Shown: positions 50,442-59,819 of the stretch, in pieces
Layout of the letters: each line of letters starts with the position of its first letter
Numbering within the stretch: the stretch's first letter is position 1
Assembly: GCA_963702095.1 (NCBI GenBank)
Contig: OY969706.1
Coordinates: forward strand, 1,600,001-1,664,000
Source: Candidatus Bathyarchaeota archaeon
GTDB taxonomy: Archaea > Thermoproteota > Bathyarchaeia > Bathyarchaeales > Bathycorpusculaceae
Length of the DNA stretch: 64,000 nt
Direction: 5' to 3'
Notes under the pieces: generated by a model
Databases searched by the model: none
What the model was told of the DNA's origin: nothing
The model's input: the letters and a program-made list of their open reading frames with translations, nothing else
Position numbers and translations under genes: made by a program

Positions 50442-51476
50442 TTAGGCTTCAGTTACTTTCGCGTCTTTCTGCACGTGAACCACGCCCTCGCCCGCAGCAA
50501 CATAACCCACCTCGCAATAGTGCACCCCACCCTTATCCAGTTCACTCTGCAAATCGTCAGCATCCTCCTTCGCAACCGCCATCAAAACGCCGCCGGCAGT
50601 CTCCTTCGATTCACCCGTAAACAGTGGATACCCAAAAATGTCCGTTAACACAGGGGTGCCCCTGATGACATAGAGGTTGTCTATGACTATGTCAACTTTG
50701 CCCAGCATCGCCATGTTCGCAGCATGCCCTTTAAGCCCAAAACCGGTGACGTCAGTGGCTGCGTGAACAGACACGTTTTGCATCGCTTCCGCCACGGGCT
50801 TATTCGATGTGGTCATTCCAGTGATTGCTTGATTGACTGCGGTTTCAACTAAATCCTCTGGAACATCAGCAAGCAACTCTTTACCCTCCCCGTCCTTACG
50901 CAGCCGATAAGCAGCCATCGCAGGCGCAATCCCCAACGGTTTAGTCAAGAAAAGGCGGTCACCAACTTGGGCGCCTTTGGTGTAAACGATTTTTTCTGGA
51001 TCGCCGATGCCCGTGGCTGCGCCACCGATGATGGGCCAGGGGTTGCGGATGGTGTGTCCGCCCAATACGGGGGTGTCCATTTCACGGCAGAAATCGCCTA
51101 AGCCCTTAAGCATGCCGACGGCAAGGTCATTGGGCATGTTTTCGGGAAACGCCATAATCGTTAGTACGGCGGCAATTTTGGTTACGCCCAAAGTGTAGAT
51201 GTCGCTTGTGACGTTGCTGCCTGCGATGCGTCCTTGGATTTCGGGTTCATCAACCATAGGCGTGAAGAAGTCCAGCGTGTTTAGGATTGCGATGCCGTCG
51301 GCGATTTTGACGACGCTGCTGTTTTCCCATGGTCCAGCCAGCACTTCTTCGCCGAAGCCGCCTGTTAAGCCTGCTTGGTCGAGAAGTTCACCGAGTTGGT
51401 ACTGGGGCAGTTTACAGCTGCATCCGTGTACGGGAACAGCTTTGGTTAGTCGGTAACTCAACTTTTTTCTCTCCAT
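50442..51476 (-). CDS. selD: Selenophosphate synthetase (Cys-type, archaeal-like)
   Basis: HGCSCKLP (codon TGC), DFFTP.VD, SDIY, GGHTI.NPWP..GG, LTKPLG, TDVTGFGL.GH, ETAGG.L. Confidence 0.92.
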   Translation of the reverse strand: MERKKLSYRLTKAVPVHGCSCKLPQYQLGELLDQAGLTGGFGEEVLAGPWENSSVVKIADGIAILNTLDFFTPMVDEPEIQGRIAGSNVTSDIYTLGVTKIAAVLTIMAFPENMPNDLAVGMLKGLGDFCREMDTPVLGGHTIRNPWPIIGGAATGIGDPEKIVYTKGAQVGDRLFLTKPLGIAPAMAAYRLRKDGEGKELLADVPEDLVETAVNQAITGMTTSNKPVAEAMQNVSVHAATDVTGFGLKGHAANMAMLGKVDIVIDNLYVIRGTPVLTDIFGYPLFTGESKETAGGVLMAVAKEDADDLQSELDKGGVHYCEVGYVAAGEGVVHVQKDAKVTEA

Positions 51477-51531
51477 TTATTATTTTTCTGTACTTGATAA
51501 TAAAACATCCCCAAAAATGGGGGAGGGGTGG

Positions 51532-52824
51532 TTACGCTTGGTTTTTGCCTGCGATTATTTCAAGGAAAGCTTCTATGCGGGTTTTTATCTGCGCTGCATC
51601 GCCCATGCCGTAATCGGTTTCGATGGTAAGCATCGGCAAATTCTGCTCTTTAAGCGCCCGGTTGACTTTGACGGCTTCCACGTTGTAGTCGTGGCAGTTC
51701 TGCAGTGTGTAGTAGATGACGCCGTCGGCTTTGAATTGCCCGGCAAGGTCAGTGACGTTTTGGATGCGTCGGTCGTTGGGTGTAAAGCATGCACAGGGGA
51801 TTTTGCTGTACTTCTCCACAAGTGCCCACAGAAGATCGCGTATGCTGTCGCCTTTGGGTTCAACGAAGTCATTGAAGAGACGGGTACCAACGCAGCTTTC
51901 CTCCACAACCACCGTCGCCCCCAAAGATTGGGCGATGCTGTGTACTTTCCAGTTGGGAATTGCCATGGGGCAACCTGAAACCATCAGCCTGGGCGCATCC
52001 GCGGGTGAAACACCTACACCGTTTTTAACGCGTTCGTCGAGTTCATCGCAGAGATCGTTGACTTTGGCGGTAAAGCGCACGGGGTCATCGTTGAAGCTGA
52101 TTTGGTTGATAAGCAACGCGTCTAGACCGCTGATCGGTGAGGGGTTTTTGGCACGGAGGTTGTTTAGGCGTTGGAGGGCTTTGCGTTTGTTGTTTATGAG
52201 TTCGATGGCGACTTTGAGTTTCTCTGCGGTGATGGTGTTGCCTGTAAGTTCCTCTATTTTGGCTTTGAAAGCTTCAACTTCTTTGTACCAGAATTCTTTG
52301 CCTGCTTGGGTGTCGGGTTTGTGGGGAATCTCTATTACATAAGTGGGTATGAGCTCGTTGAGGAGTTCGTAAACTTTCTTTTTTCCGTCACAGGTGGTTT
52401 CGCCCACGACTAAGTCGCTGACTTGGAAGTATGGGCAGGTTTTGCCGAGTTTGAAGCCATAAAAGGATTTGATGAGGGGACAGAGGTTACGGGGCAACAC
52501 CGCTTCGGCGTCTGGAACAGAAAAGTCTGCGCCGCCGCAGAGGCCAACCATAGAGGCGTCGGCTGCGTAGGCGAGTTCTTCTGGGGCGTAGACACAGAAG
52601 GCGCCTAAGACTTTTTTGCCTTTGGCGCGTTGGTCGTTGAGTTCTTTGATACGGAGGCCATGGATTTCTGAGACGACGAAGTCGAAGTAATCCATTTTTT
52701 TGGGGCGGTTTTTCTGGGAGAGGTAAATGTCGGTGTAAAATTGTCCGAGGGCGTTTAGGAGGATATTGTGTTTTTCAACATCTATTCCTATGCTTTTCCA
52801 AAGTTCCATGTATTGTTCTGACAT
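51532..52824 (-). CDS. Double-cubane-cluster protein (DCCP; 2-hydroxyacyl-CoA dehydratase D-like family)
   Basis: FCVY.PEE, LCGG, LPRNLCPLIKS, CPYFQ, GETTCDGKKK, EESCVG, CACFTPN, QNCH.Y, TRIEAFLE. Confidence 0.88.
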   Translation of the reverse strand: MSEQYMELWKSIGIDVEKHNILLNALGQFYTDIYLSQKNRPKKMDYFDFVVSEIHGLRIKELNDQRAKGKKVLGAFCVYAPEELAYAADASMVGLCGGADFSVPDAEAVLPRNLCPLIKSFYGFKLGKTCPYFQVSDLVVGETTCDGKKKVYELLNELIPTYVIEIPHKPDTQAGKEFWYKEVEAFKAKIEELTGNTITAEKLKVAIELINNKRKALQRLNNLRAKNPSPISGLDALLINQISFNDDPVRFTAKVNDLCDELDERVKNGVGVSPADAPRLMVSGCPMAIPNWKVHSIAQSLGATVVVEESCVGTRLFNDFVEPKGDSIRDLLWALVEKYSKIPCACFTPNDRRIQNVTDLAGQFKADGVIYYTLQNCHDYNVEAVKVNRALKEQNLPMLTIETDYGMGDAAQIKTRIEAFLEIIAGKNQA

Positions 52825-52905
52825 AGGGATCACTGATTGTTATGTAAGGAAAAAGCAGACATTATTAAGATTTATCATAAATAAAATTAAAAGAGTTGAT
52901 GGATG

Positions 52906-53139
52906 TTAATGTTTTTTAATCAGCATCTTAAACTCGGCACCAGAGTGTTGCGTCTCAACAATCTCGTGACCATTATTCGTCACCCAATGAGAAATGTTAC
53001 CAAGCTCCAACTCGCCCTCGCCGGTAACCTCCAAAAGCCCGCCGACCGCCAACTCTGCCAACTTGCGCTTGGTCAAAGCCACTGGCATGGGGCACATTTT
53101 GCCTTTAACATCAATTTTCTCGACGCTCACAGTGCTCAC
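52906..53139 (-). CDS. TusA/SirA sulfur-carrier protein
   Basis: IDVKGKMCPMP (CPxP motif). Confidence 0.9.
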   Translation of the reverse strand: MSTVSVEKIDVKGKMCPMPVALTKRKLAELAVGGLLEVTGEGELELGNISHWVTNNGHEIVETQHSGAEFKMLIKKH

Positions 53140-53490
53140 CTAGAAGGTTATGACTTTGTCGCTTGTAGTGGTCCACTCAACCAGATCATGGATGGTTGCG
53201 AGTCTGACGCCGTTGATGAGTTCATCTTGCTTTAAGCCGCGGGCTTCTGCGCAGACACCGCAAGCTTTGACTTCAACCCCTCCTTTAACGAGGTCGTCTA
53301 GCATTTGACCGAAGTTTGTTAAGCCTTGGGCTGGGTTTTGTCCCTTCTTGGCGATGTAGACGCCGTTTTCGAAGAGCCAAATTTTTACTTTGTGGCCTTC
53401 CAAGTCGGCGGTCCATGCGAAGCGTAATGCTGAGAGGGCGCGTTCTTTTGCGATTGGGGCTTCGTAGATTATTACTGTGTAAGTTACCAT
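53140..53490 (-). CDS. DsrE/YchN-like sulfur relay protein
   Basis: IWLFENGVY.AKKGQ, VKACGVCAEARG, L.EW...SDKVITF. Confidence 0.9.
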   Translation of the reverse strand: MVTYTVIIYEAPIAKERALSALRFAWTADLEGHKVKIWLFENGVYIAKKGQNPAQGLTNFGQMLDDLVKGGVEVKACGVCAEARGLKQDELINGVRLATIHDLVEWTTTSDKVITF

Positions 53491-53519
53491 GGTCACTCAC
53501 TTTTTTGATATTGCTTATT

Positions 53520-53532
53520 TATCTTTCCGATA
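53520..53532. promoter_or_regulatory. Candidate LysR box (T-N11-A with dyad)
   Basis: TATC-TTTCC-GATA between the divergent dsrE and lysR starts. Confidence 0.4.
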
Positions 53533-53610
53533 TAAAGGCGTTATCTTTATTCAGAAATGGAATAGACATATAAATGATTTGCCCCAAAGATAGGGGTGGG
53601 CAGACAGCGC

Positions 53611-54540
53611 ATGGAAACTATCCGATTCGATTACCTAAACACCTTCCTAACTGTAGCACGAACTAAAAGTTTCTCAATCGCGGCAAAAGAACTCAAAACC
53701 AGCCAAGGCACCGTAAGCCACCACATAGCCGCCTTGGAACAGTACTTTGACGCGGAACTTTTCAAACGCTCCGCCGGCGGCGTAGAAGTCACCGAGGCAG
53801 GCGCAACCCTAAAAGAAGCCGCCGAACAGATCATCCAGCAAGCCAACAACGCCAAAGCCAAAATCTCCTCAGCCAAACAAACCCTAAGCGGCACCATACG
53901 AATAGCAGCCAGCACCATCCCTGAAGAACACATCCTACCCGGTTTAATCGCGGAGTTCCAGAAAAATCACCCTGAAATAAAATTCAAGATAAAAGCCCAA
54001 GACAGCCTAACCAGCCTCGGCAGCTTACAAGCAAACGACGTGGATTTCGCTGCAGTGGGCACTATTTTGGGGTTTGAGGAAAAGTTTGATTTCCTTCCAG
54101 TCGGCGAGGAAAAACTGGTGCTTATTGTTCCATGCAACCATGTTTTAGCTGAGAAAAAAGCTGTAACGCTCTCTGAAGCCCTAAAGTACCCCTTCATCAG
54201 ACGTGAAGAAACCTCGGGAACAAGGCTTGAAATCGAGAAACTCTTAGCAAACAACAAAATTCCACACTCAAACCTTAAGGTCGTGTATGAGTTGGGCAGC
54301 ACAGAGTCCGTGGTTACCGCCGTTTCTGAGGGGCGTGGCGTGAGCATTCTTTCTTCGATTGCCGCCGCCAAAGCGAAGGCTGCAGGATTGGTTGTGGTGG
54401 TTGACATTGCCGAAGCTAAAGACACACGCAAGCTCTATGTGGTGAGGAGTAAAAGGGCGTTGCTTAAGCCCTCAGAAGTGTTCTGGGATTTCTGCAGGAA
54501 CTACCGATTTAAGAACCAAGCAATAGCTTGTCCCAAGTAA
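53611..54540 (+). CDS. LysR-family regulator (selenium-metabolism-associated type)
   Basis: SFS.AAKEL..SQ.TVS.HI..LE; I.ASTIP.E.ILP; FI.REE.SGTR; LGSTE.V..AV. Confidence 0.9.
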   Translation: METIRFDYLNTFLTVARTKSFSIAAKELKTSQGTVSHHIAALEQYFDAELFKRSAGGVEVTEAGATLKEAAEQIIQQANNAKAKISSAKQTLSGTIRIAASTIPEEHILPGLIAEFQKNHPEIKFKIKAQDSLTSLGSLQANDVDFAAVGTILGFEEKFDFLPVGEEKLVLIVPCNHVLAEKKAVTLSEALKYPFIRREETSGTRLEIEKLLANNKIPHSNLKVVYELGSTESVVTAVSEGRGVSILSSIAAAKAKAAGLVVVVDIAEAKDTRKLYVVRSKRALLKPSEVFWDFCRNYRFKNQAIACPK

Positions 54541-54548
54541 GCGGATTC

Positions 54549-54884
54549 CTATTCTTCTTCCTCGTCTTCCTCTAGGTTTACCCAGATTTTGCCATCTTTA
54601 ACTTTGAACGGGTAAAACACGAGTTGGTAAGCGGGGCTGTTCTCGTAGTAGCCAGTTTCTAAATCAAAGCGCCAGTCATGACAGGGACACACAATCAGGT
54701 CACCGTCGAGGTTTCCGCCTGAAAAACGGCAGCCCATATGGGGACAGCGGTCGTCGAAGACGTAGATTTTGTCGTTGTGCCTAACAAAAAGCACCGGTAT
54801 GCCTTCATGTCTTACAAGTTTCATTTTGCCTTCTTCGAGTGTTTTTTCTTCAATTAAGGGCACGTATCCTTCGTCTTCTGACAT
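54549..54884 (-). CDS. Rieske [2Fe-2S] ferredoxin
   Basis: CPH...CPCHDWRFDLETG. Confidence 0.9.
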   Translation of the reverse strand: MSEDEGYVPLIEEKTLEEGKMKLVRHEGIPVLFVRHNDKIYVFDDRCPHMGCRFSGGNLDGDLIVCPCHDWRFDLETGYYENSPAYQLVFYPFKVKDGKIWVNLEEDEEEE

Positions 54885-54994
54885 AGAGTTAACCAGCGAT
54901 AGAATGTTTCTTGTGTAGGATATTTAAAAGTGATGCGTCGGATAAGGGGTTGTTGCTCTCCACTCTAACCCCCAATTTAACAGCAGACCAAAAA

Positions 54995-55075
54995 TTGTTC
55001 CGCTTGCGGTCTGCTCCATAACCAGCCCGCAAACTAAACCAAACACCGCCCCAGAAACCGCAGCACCACAGACGG
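54995..55075. repeat. Repeat family B, copy 4 (partial, opposite orientation)
   Basis: tgttccgcttgcggtctgctccataaccagcccgcaa vs reverse complement of copy 1 tgttctgcttgtggtttgctccacaaccaccctgcaa. Confidence 0.7.
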
Positions 55076-55142
55076 GGAAACAAACAATTCCGTGATACCC
55101 AACTAAACAGACTTAATTGATAGTTCCCTCTACAGTCTAGCG

Positions 55143-55982
55143 ATGTTTACAGTCAAAACCTTGACAAAGAAAGACTTTGCTTTTGCAGTCGATTTAGCGA
55201 ACACTATGGATTGGAAAATGGCAGTGGAAGATTTCGAGTTTATGACGTCGCTGGAACCCAAAGGCTGTTTTCTTTTAGTTGACGGGACACAAAGAGTAGG
55301 AATCGCGACCTGTATTAGTTATGGCAAACTCGGCTGGTTCGGAAACCTTGTCGTGCAGAAAGATTACCGTGGTCAAGGCGCCGGAAGCCTGCTTGTGCAG
55401 CATGCAATTTCTTATCTGCAAACGCAAGGAGTGGAGTCCATCGGGCTCTACTGTGAACCGCCGCTTACCAGATTCTACAGCAATCTGGGCTTTAGAGCAG
55501 ATGAAGAATTCGTCTACTTTTACGGGGAAAATGACGGAGACATTAAATCGGCTGTTTTGCCAAAAGTCGAGTGGAAACATTTAGCGCAAATTATTGGCTT
55601 CGACCATCAGTTTGTGGGTGGGGATAGACGGAGACTGCTTGAATCAATCATCCTCGAAAAAGGCAACTTAAGCTCCTACGTATCCGAAGGAAATGAAGTC
55701 GTTGGCTACATTGCTGCTACTGTATACGAAAGATCTGTGTGGATTGGCCCCCTAATCTGTGCACCCCAAAGATACGACGCGGCTCTACCGCTCGTCGAGT
55801 CGGTTCTGTCAAATACAGGGGGCAAAACCGTTTTCGCCGCGTTCCCCAAAAAAGACGCTCCCCTATGCAATGTGCTGTCGGAGATTAAGCGTGGGGGCGG
55901 TTTTGAGCTTTGCAGAATGTTCTTTGGGCAGTCACCTTCGAAAAATTGTATATACATGGCTGAATCATTAGAACGAGGATAA
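55143..55982 (+). CDS. GNAT N-acetyltransferase (tandem GNAT fold)
   Basis: V..DYRGQGAGS.L; FY..LGF; IGPL. Confidence 0.88.
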   Translation: MFTVKTLTKKDFAFAVDLANTMDWKMAVEDFEFMTSLEPKGCFLLVDGTQRVGIATCISYGKLGWFGNLVVQKDYRGQGAGSLLVQHAISYLQTQGVESIGLYCEPPLTRFYSNLGFRADEEFVYFYGENDGDIKSAVLPKVEWKHLAQIIGFDHQFVGGDRRRLLESIILEKGNLSSYVSEGNEVVGYIAATVYERSVWIGPLICAPQRYDAALPLVESVLSNTGGKTVFAAFPKKDAPLCNVLSEIKRGGGFELCRMFFGQSPSKNCIYMAESLERG

Positions 55983-55984
55983 GT

Positions 55985-57347
55985 ATGGAAGATTTCTGCA
56001 AGGTTTTGCTTGAGGATTTTTTGAAGTCCTCTTTTAACACGGTTAAGGTGCTCGTAGAAGGCGCCAAAGCCGCGAAGGAACAGAAAACCAACCGCAAAGT
56101 AACCCTCTGCCGCTGTGTAAACGGCAAAAAAACGGTAGTGACCTTTTTTGATGAACGGTTCTACCTCAGGGGCTCTGTTGAGTACACTAATCCACAAGTG
56201 ACCGTGGAGGAGCTGCAGGGCATCATCGCCACGCGGCTGCTTGAAGCCTCTGCAAACCATTACCTCGAAGGCGGCATCCATGAACCCAACGCCGACGATG
56301 TAGCGGCTATTGCCGAGGCGCTCAAAAAGCCTCCGGAAGGCTTCATCCTGCCCTATTTGTTAAACACCGACGACGTAGAACCAGACCGTTACTCGATGAA
56401 TCCGCTCAAACAATCCATAATAGACAGCGGACAAAGCGCGTTTCCCGCCCTCAACGTCAAAACTGACCAATTAAAAATTGATGAAGCCTACGCCAAAAAA
56501 TACGGGGGCAGCTTAATCTCCAGAAAAGAAACCGAACTAATCACCACCACCCTAAAAGAGAGCACCGGCTCCTACATTGACTTCGTGGATTCTATAAAGT
56601 ACAGCCAAATCGAGGAAATGTCAGAGGTCTTCGGCATGGATTTGTCGCTTTATACGCTTCGGCTGCCTCTTACCATGTTGCAGTCTGAGGGCAAAGACGG
56701 CATCCTCCACTACATCATCAGCCAAAGCCACCAAGACTCCGCTTCCATCGAAGCGGCCGTACACCTGCATGGGCAGAAGCATGACCAAACGCACCACGCT
56801 TCTAACAGTGCCACACTCCAAAAAGGGCTTTGGTTCTAAGCGGGCGGCAAGAGGCAAACTGCACTTCGAAGAAGACAAGTTCCTCAACGCCAAAGTCAAA
56901 TACCAAACCACCGCCCTCTACCCCAACGACGTAGACGAAAAAGACGTTGCTATGGCCGTATGCGACGACGAATTCACCGTCTCAGGCGACAAACTTGCCG
57001 ATTACAGCTACGCTGAGACGCCTTCTTCGCCACAGTTTTTCCTCTACTCTATGGGGTCGCCTGAAGACGCAGCGATCTGGCACGGCATAGGTGCTTTTAG
57101 CTCCTCCCAACTACTGCATAGTTACACTTCTGCCCGTATCGCCTGCAAAGAGGGAAGGTTGATTAAAGATTTAAACAGTAAATACAATGTACGCCTCGGT
57201 GTTCCCTTACAGTTTAACCTTGCAGTTGAGGGCATGTGGAGTCACCCCATCCACCACAACATAGACGCTAGCATAGGCAGCGTCGAAGATATGGCGGATT
57301 TGGCTCGTCGAGGCATGAAACTCGAGTACCTTTCAACCTTCAAATAG
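55985..57347 (+). CDS. Hypothetical protein of about 450 aa (frameshift near 56760)
   Basis: Two overlapping ORFs join by removing one C (AAYTCMGRSMTK); no family recognised. Confidence 0.7.
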
Positions 57348-57362
57348 GAGCAGAGTGGCAAT

Positions 57363-57890
57363 TTGACCGCGAAAGAGCAGACAATGTTTCGGATTCTGCG
57401 TTTGTTTAGAAAACTCCCCTTCAACCTGCTTGCAGTGGGAAACCAAAAAGTTATCTTTTCTGAGTATTTCAAGCATTTTGAGAGGGTTGAAGCGGTCAAA
57501 GGCATCTTTGGAGAAAAAACAAAGGAAGTTCTAAGCCACCTCACAGTTGAACTCAGCTGGGTAATGGGGTACATGTACGTGGATGACTCTGATGGGCATC
57601 TTGTAATAAGCAAAGGGTACCTCAACAGCGGCGACAAAACCGACATCTACTTGGATTTGATCCATGAACTCTGTCACGTTAAACAGTTTATGGAGGGCAA
57701 AGAACTCTTTGACCCCCGATATGAATACGTTGACCGCCCAACCGAAATCGAAGCCTACCGCTACTGCATCAAAGAAGCCCGCAGACTTGGGCTCAGTGAA
57801 GAACGTATATGCTGCTACCTAAGAACCGAATGGATGAACGACGAAGATTTTAAGCGACTGGCAAAGTATGTTGACGTCTCATGTTGCTAA
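57363..57890 (+). CDS. Putative zinc metallopeptidase-like protein (HEXXH)
   Basis: LIHELCHVKQ ... PTEIEAY. Confidence 0.65.
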   Translation: MTAKEQTMFRILRLFRKLPFNLLAVGNQKVIFSEYFKHFERVEAVKGIFGEKTKEVLSHLTVELSWVMGYMYVDDSDGHLVISKGYLNSGDKTDIYLDLIHELCHVKQFMEGKELFDPRYEYVDRPTEIEAYRYCIKEARRLGLSEERICCYLRTEWMNDEDFKRLAKYVDVSCC

Positions 57891-59069
57891 CGCTTCACGG
57901 TAAACCCTAAGCATCCCTTGGGTGCAAATGTCCCAGGTGAATTTTTCTTGGATGAATTTTCGGCCCAATGAACCCATTTTTATGCGCGTTGGTTTGTCGT
58001 CTAAGAGCTTCAGGATTGCCTCCGCTAGTTCCGCAGCGTTACCCCGCTGCACCAGCAAACCCGTTTCTCCATTGCGGACGGTTTCGTTGACGCCTCCGAT
58101 GTCAAAAGCAACCACGGGTTTAGCAGATGCCTGTGCCTCCAACAGCACAATGCCCTGTCCCTCCTGAATAGAAGGCAAAACAAACACGTCTGCACAGTTG
58201 TAAACCGATGGGAGTGCTTCTTCGTCTATGTGGTTTAGGAACACAAAGTTGCCTGAGAGGTTCGCTTGAGCTAAAGAGTTTTGCAGTGGCTCTTGTAGCG
58301 GGCCGTCGCCGACAAGCAGAAACCTGGCGTCAGCATGTGTTTTCACGATTTTTTTTGCTGCTTCCACCAGAAAAGGCAACCCTTTACGCGGGATTAAGCT
58401 GCCCACAAAAAGCACACATGGCTCACCGCCTAAACTGAACTGCCGCTTAGCCGCCGCCACATCCTCTTGGGGCTTGAACTTTTCTGTATCTACCCCATTG
58501 GGAACAATCCGCACCTTCTCAGCGTCAACAGTATAGTACTTCCGCATTTTCTGCAGGGAATAATTGCTGATTGTCACAATCAAAGTGGCGTCTTTAGCTG
58601 TCTGCCCCTCTAACTTGGCAAGGTGACCCATGAAAACGTTGGCAACCCTATCGCGCAGTGAATTTGCCCCACCGATTTTTGCTTGCTCAAACTCGTCGGC
58701 CAATACGCCGTGGATGGTGTGGATAAAGGGTTTTTTGATGTTCAGTTGCCGTAGTTTTTTTGGAAGTCCATAACCGCTTACTGCGTGAGTCTCGAAAACA
58801 TCGGCGTTTATGTTGGCTGCGTTTTTGGTTAGGCTGCGGTTGAAGCTCCAGTTGTCAAGTGGAAAAACCCTGTCGGTGGAGCTGAGGGGAACCAGAGTTG
58901 CGCCAGTCATTTTGGCGGGGTTTTTGAAGCCTCTTTTGGTTCCGCAGTAAATTGTGATGTCGGCTTCGTTTTGTAGGCGCTTAGCGGTCTCGGTGATGCG
59001 TCGTTCTACGCCGCCGTAGTAGAGGTGGGGGGGTTGAGTGTTTATGACTGCTAAGCGGAACTTTACCAT
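57879..59069 (-). CDS. Glycosyltransferase family 4
   Basis: GGVERR, IVPNGVD, FVG.L..RKG, FVLPS..EGQGIVLLEAQA. Confidence 0.92.
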   Translation of the reverse strand: MVKFRLAVINTQPPHLYYGGVERRITETAKRLQNEADITIYCGTKRGFKNPAKMTGATLVPLSSTDRVFPLDNWSFNRSLTKNAANINADVFETHAVSGYGLPKKLRQLNIKKPFIHTIHGVLADEFEQAKIGGANSLRDRVANVFMGHLAKLEGQTAKDATLIVTISNYSLQKMRKYYTVDAEKVRIVPNGVDTEKFKPQEDVAAAKRQFSLGGEPCVLFVGSLIPRKGLPFLVEAAKKIVKTHADARFLLVGDGPLQEPLQNSLAQANLSGNFVFLNHIDEEALPSVYNCADVFVLPSIQEGQGIVLLEAQASAKPVVAFDIGGVNETVRNGETGLLVQRGNAAELAEAILKLLDDKPTRIKMGSLGRKFIQEKFTWDICTQGMLRVYREALAT

Positions 59070-59192
59070 CAGATAGACCTGTGAAGTTAGTTAACGGTTT
59101 AGTGGGCATAAAAGTTTTGTTTTTCATTCAACCCTTAGCTTCCAGATAGCCTCAAGTGATCTTGGACTTAAAAGCCCACATACGCGGCTTTT

Positions 59193-59531
59193 TCAGCCAA
59201 CCGAAACTAAGTAGTTGACATGTGAATTCACGGTATCGATGAGCTGCTGCCGCCGTAGGTTTCCCTCGGAATCACTAATGCGGTCAATCGCCCATGCGAG
59301 TTCCTCATCACCAAAAACATCCCTTACCCACTTCTGAAAATCCCGACGTTTAATGTGAAAATCGATTGAGTCTTCATCTATCGTTTTTAGCTTCTCAATG
59401 AAGTCACATAGGCTCAAGGCGGATATTCCCGTGTAGTAGCCGCCGTCGGTGCAGAAGTGGAAGCCACTCTCAAACGGTACATCCCTGAGGCTTTGCCGGT
59501 TTCTAGAATTCTTAACAGAAATGTTTGCCAT
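59193..59531 (-). CDS. DUF5752-like small protein
   Basis: F.F.T..G.YTG..A.SL.DF.EKL..I...SI.FH..R.DF.KW..DV.GD.ELA. Confidence 0.75.
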   Translation of the reverse strand: MANISVKNSRNRQSLRDVPFESGFHFCTDGGYYTGISALSLCDFIEKLKTIDEDSIDFHIKRRDFQKWVRDVFGDEELAWAIDRISDSEGNLRRQQLIDTVNSHVNYLVSVG

Positions 59532-59635
59532 AAAAAATGTTCCCTTTAAAGAATGGGGGAGTACATTTTTATTGATTTGTGATGGAAAGATTGCAGTCAC
59601 ATATGTAAAACTACGTCGATGTGAAGCAAAAACGG

Positions 59636-59809
59636 CTATTCGTCGCCGTAGCCGTGTTCTAGTCTGCCATGTGTTTTTTTGTAGACAAATTCATGCTGCT
59701 CTTTAGTGGCTCCAAACGCGGCGGTGTGTTTTTGGAGGTCTGCCTGCGTAAAAAAGATGCAGCTGCAGTAGGGGCATTTGTAGTAGTGGTTGCCATTTGT
59801 TTGGGTCAT
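59636..59809 (-). CDS. Small C2H2-like zinc-finger protein (57 aa, below ORF-track cutoff)
   Basis: MTQTNGNHYYKCPYCSCIFFTQADLQKH...; ATG about 10 nt after the ileS stop. Confidence 0.7.
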   Translation of the reverse strand: MTQTNGNHYYKCPYCSCIFFTQADLQKHTAAFGATKEQHEFVYKKTHGRLEHGYGDE

Positions 59810-59819
59810 GTTTTTTCGC

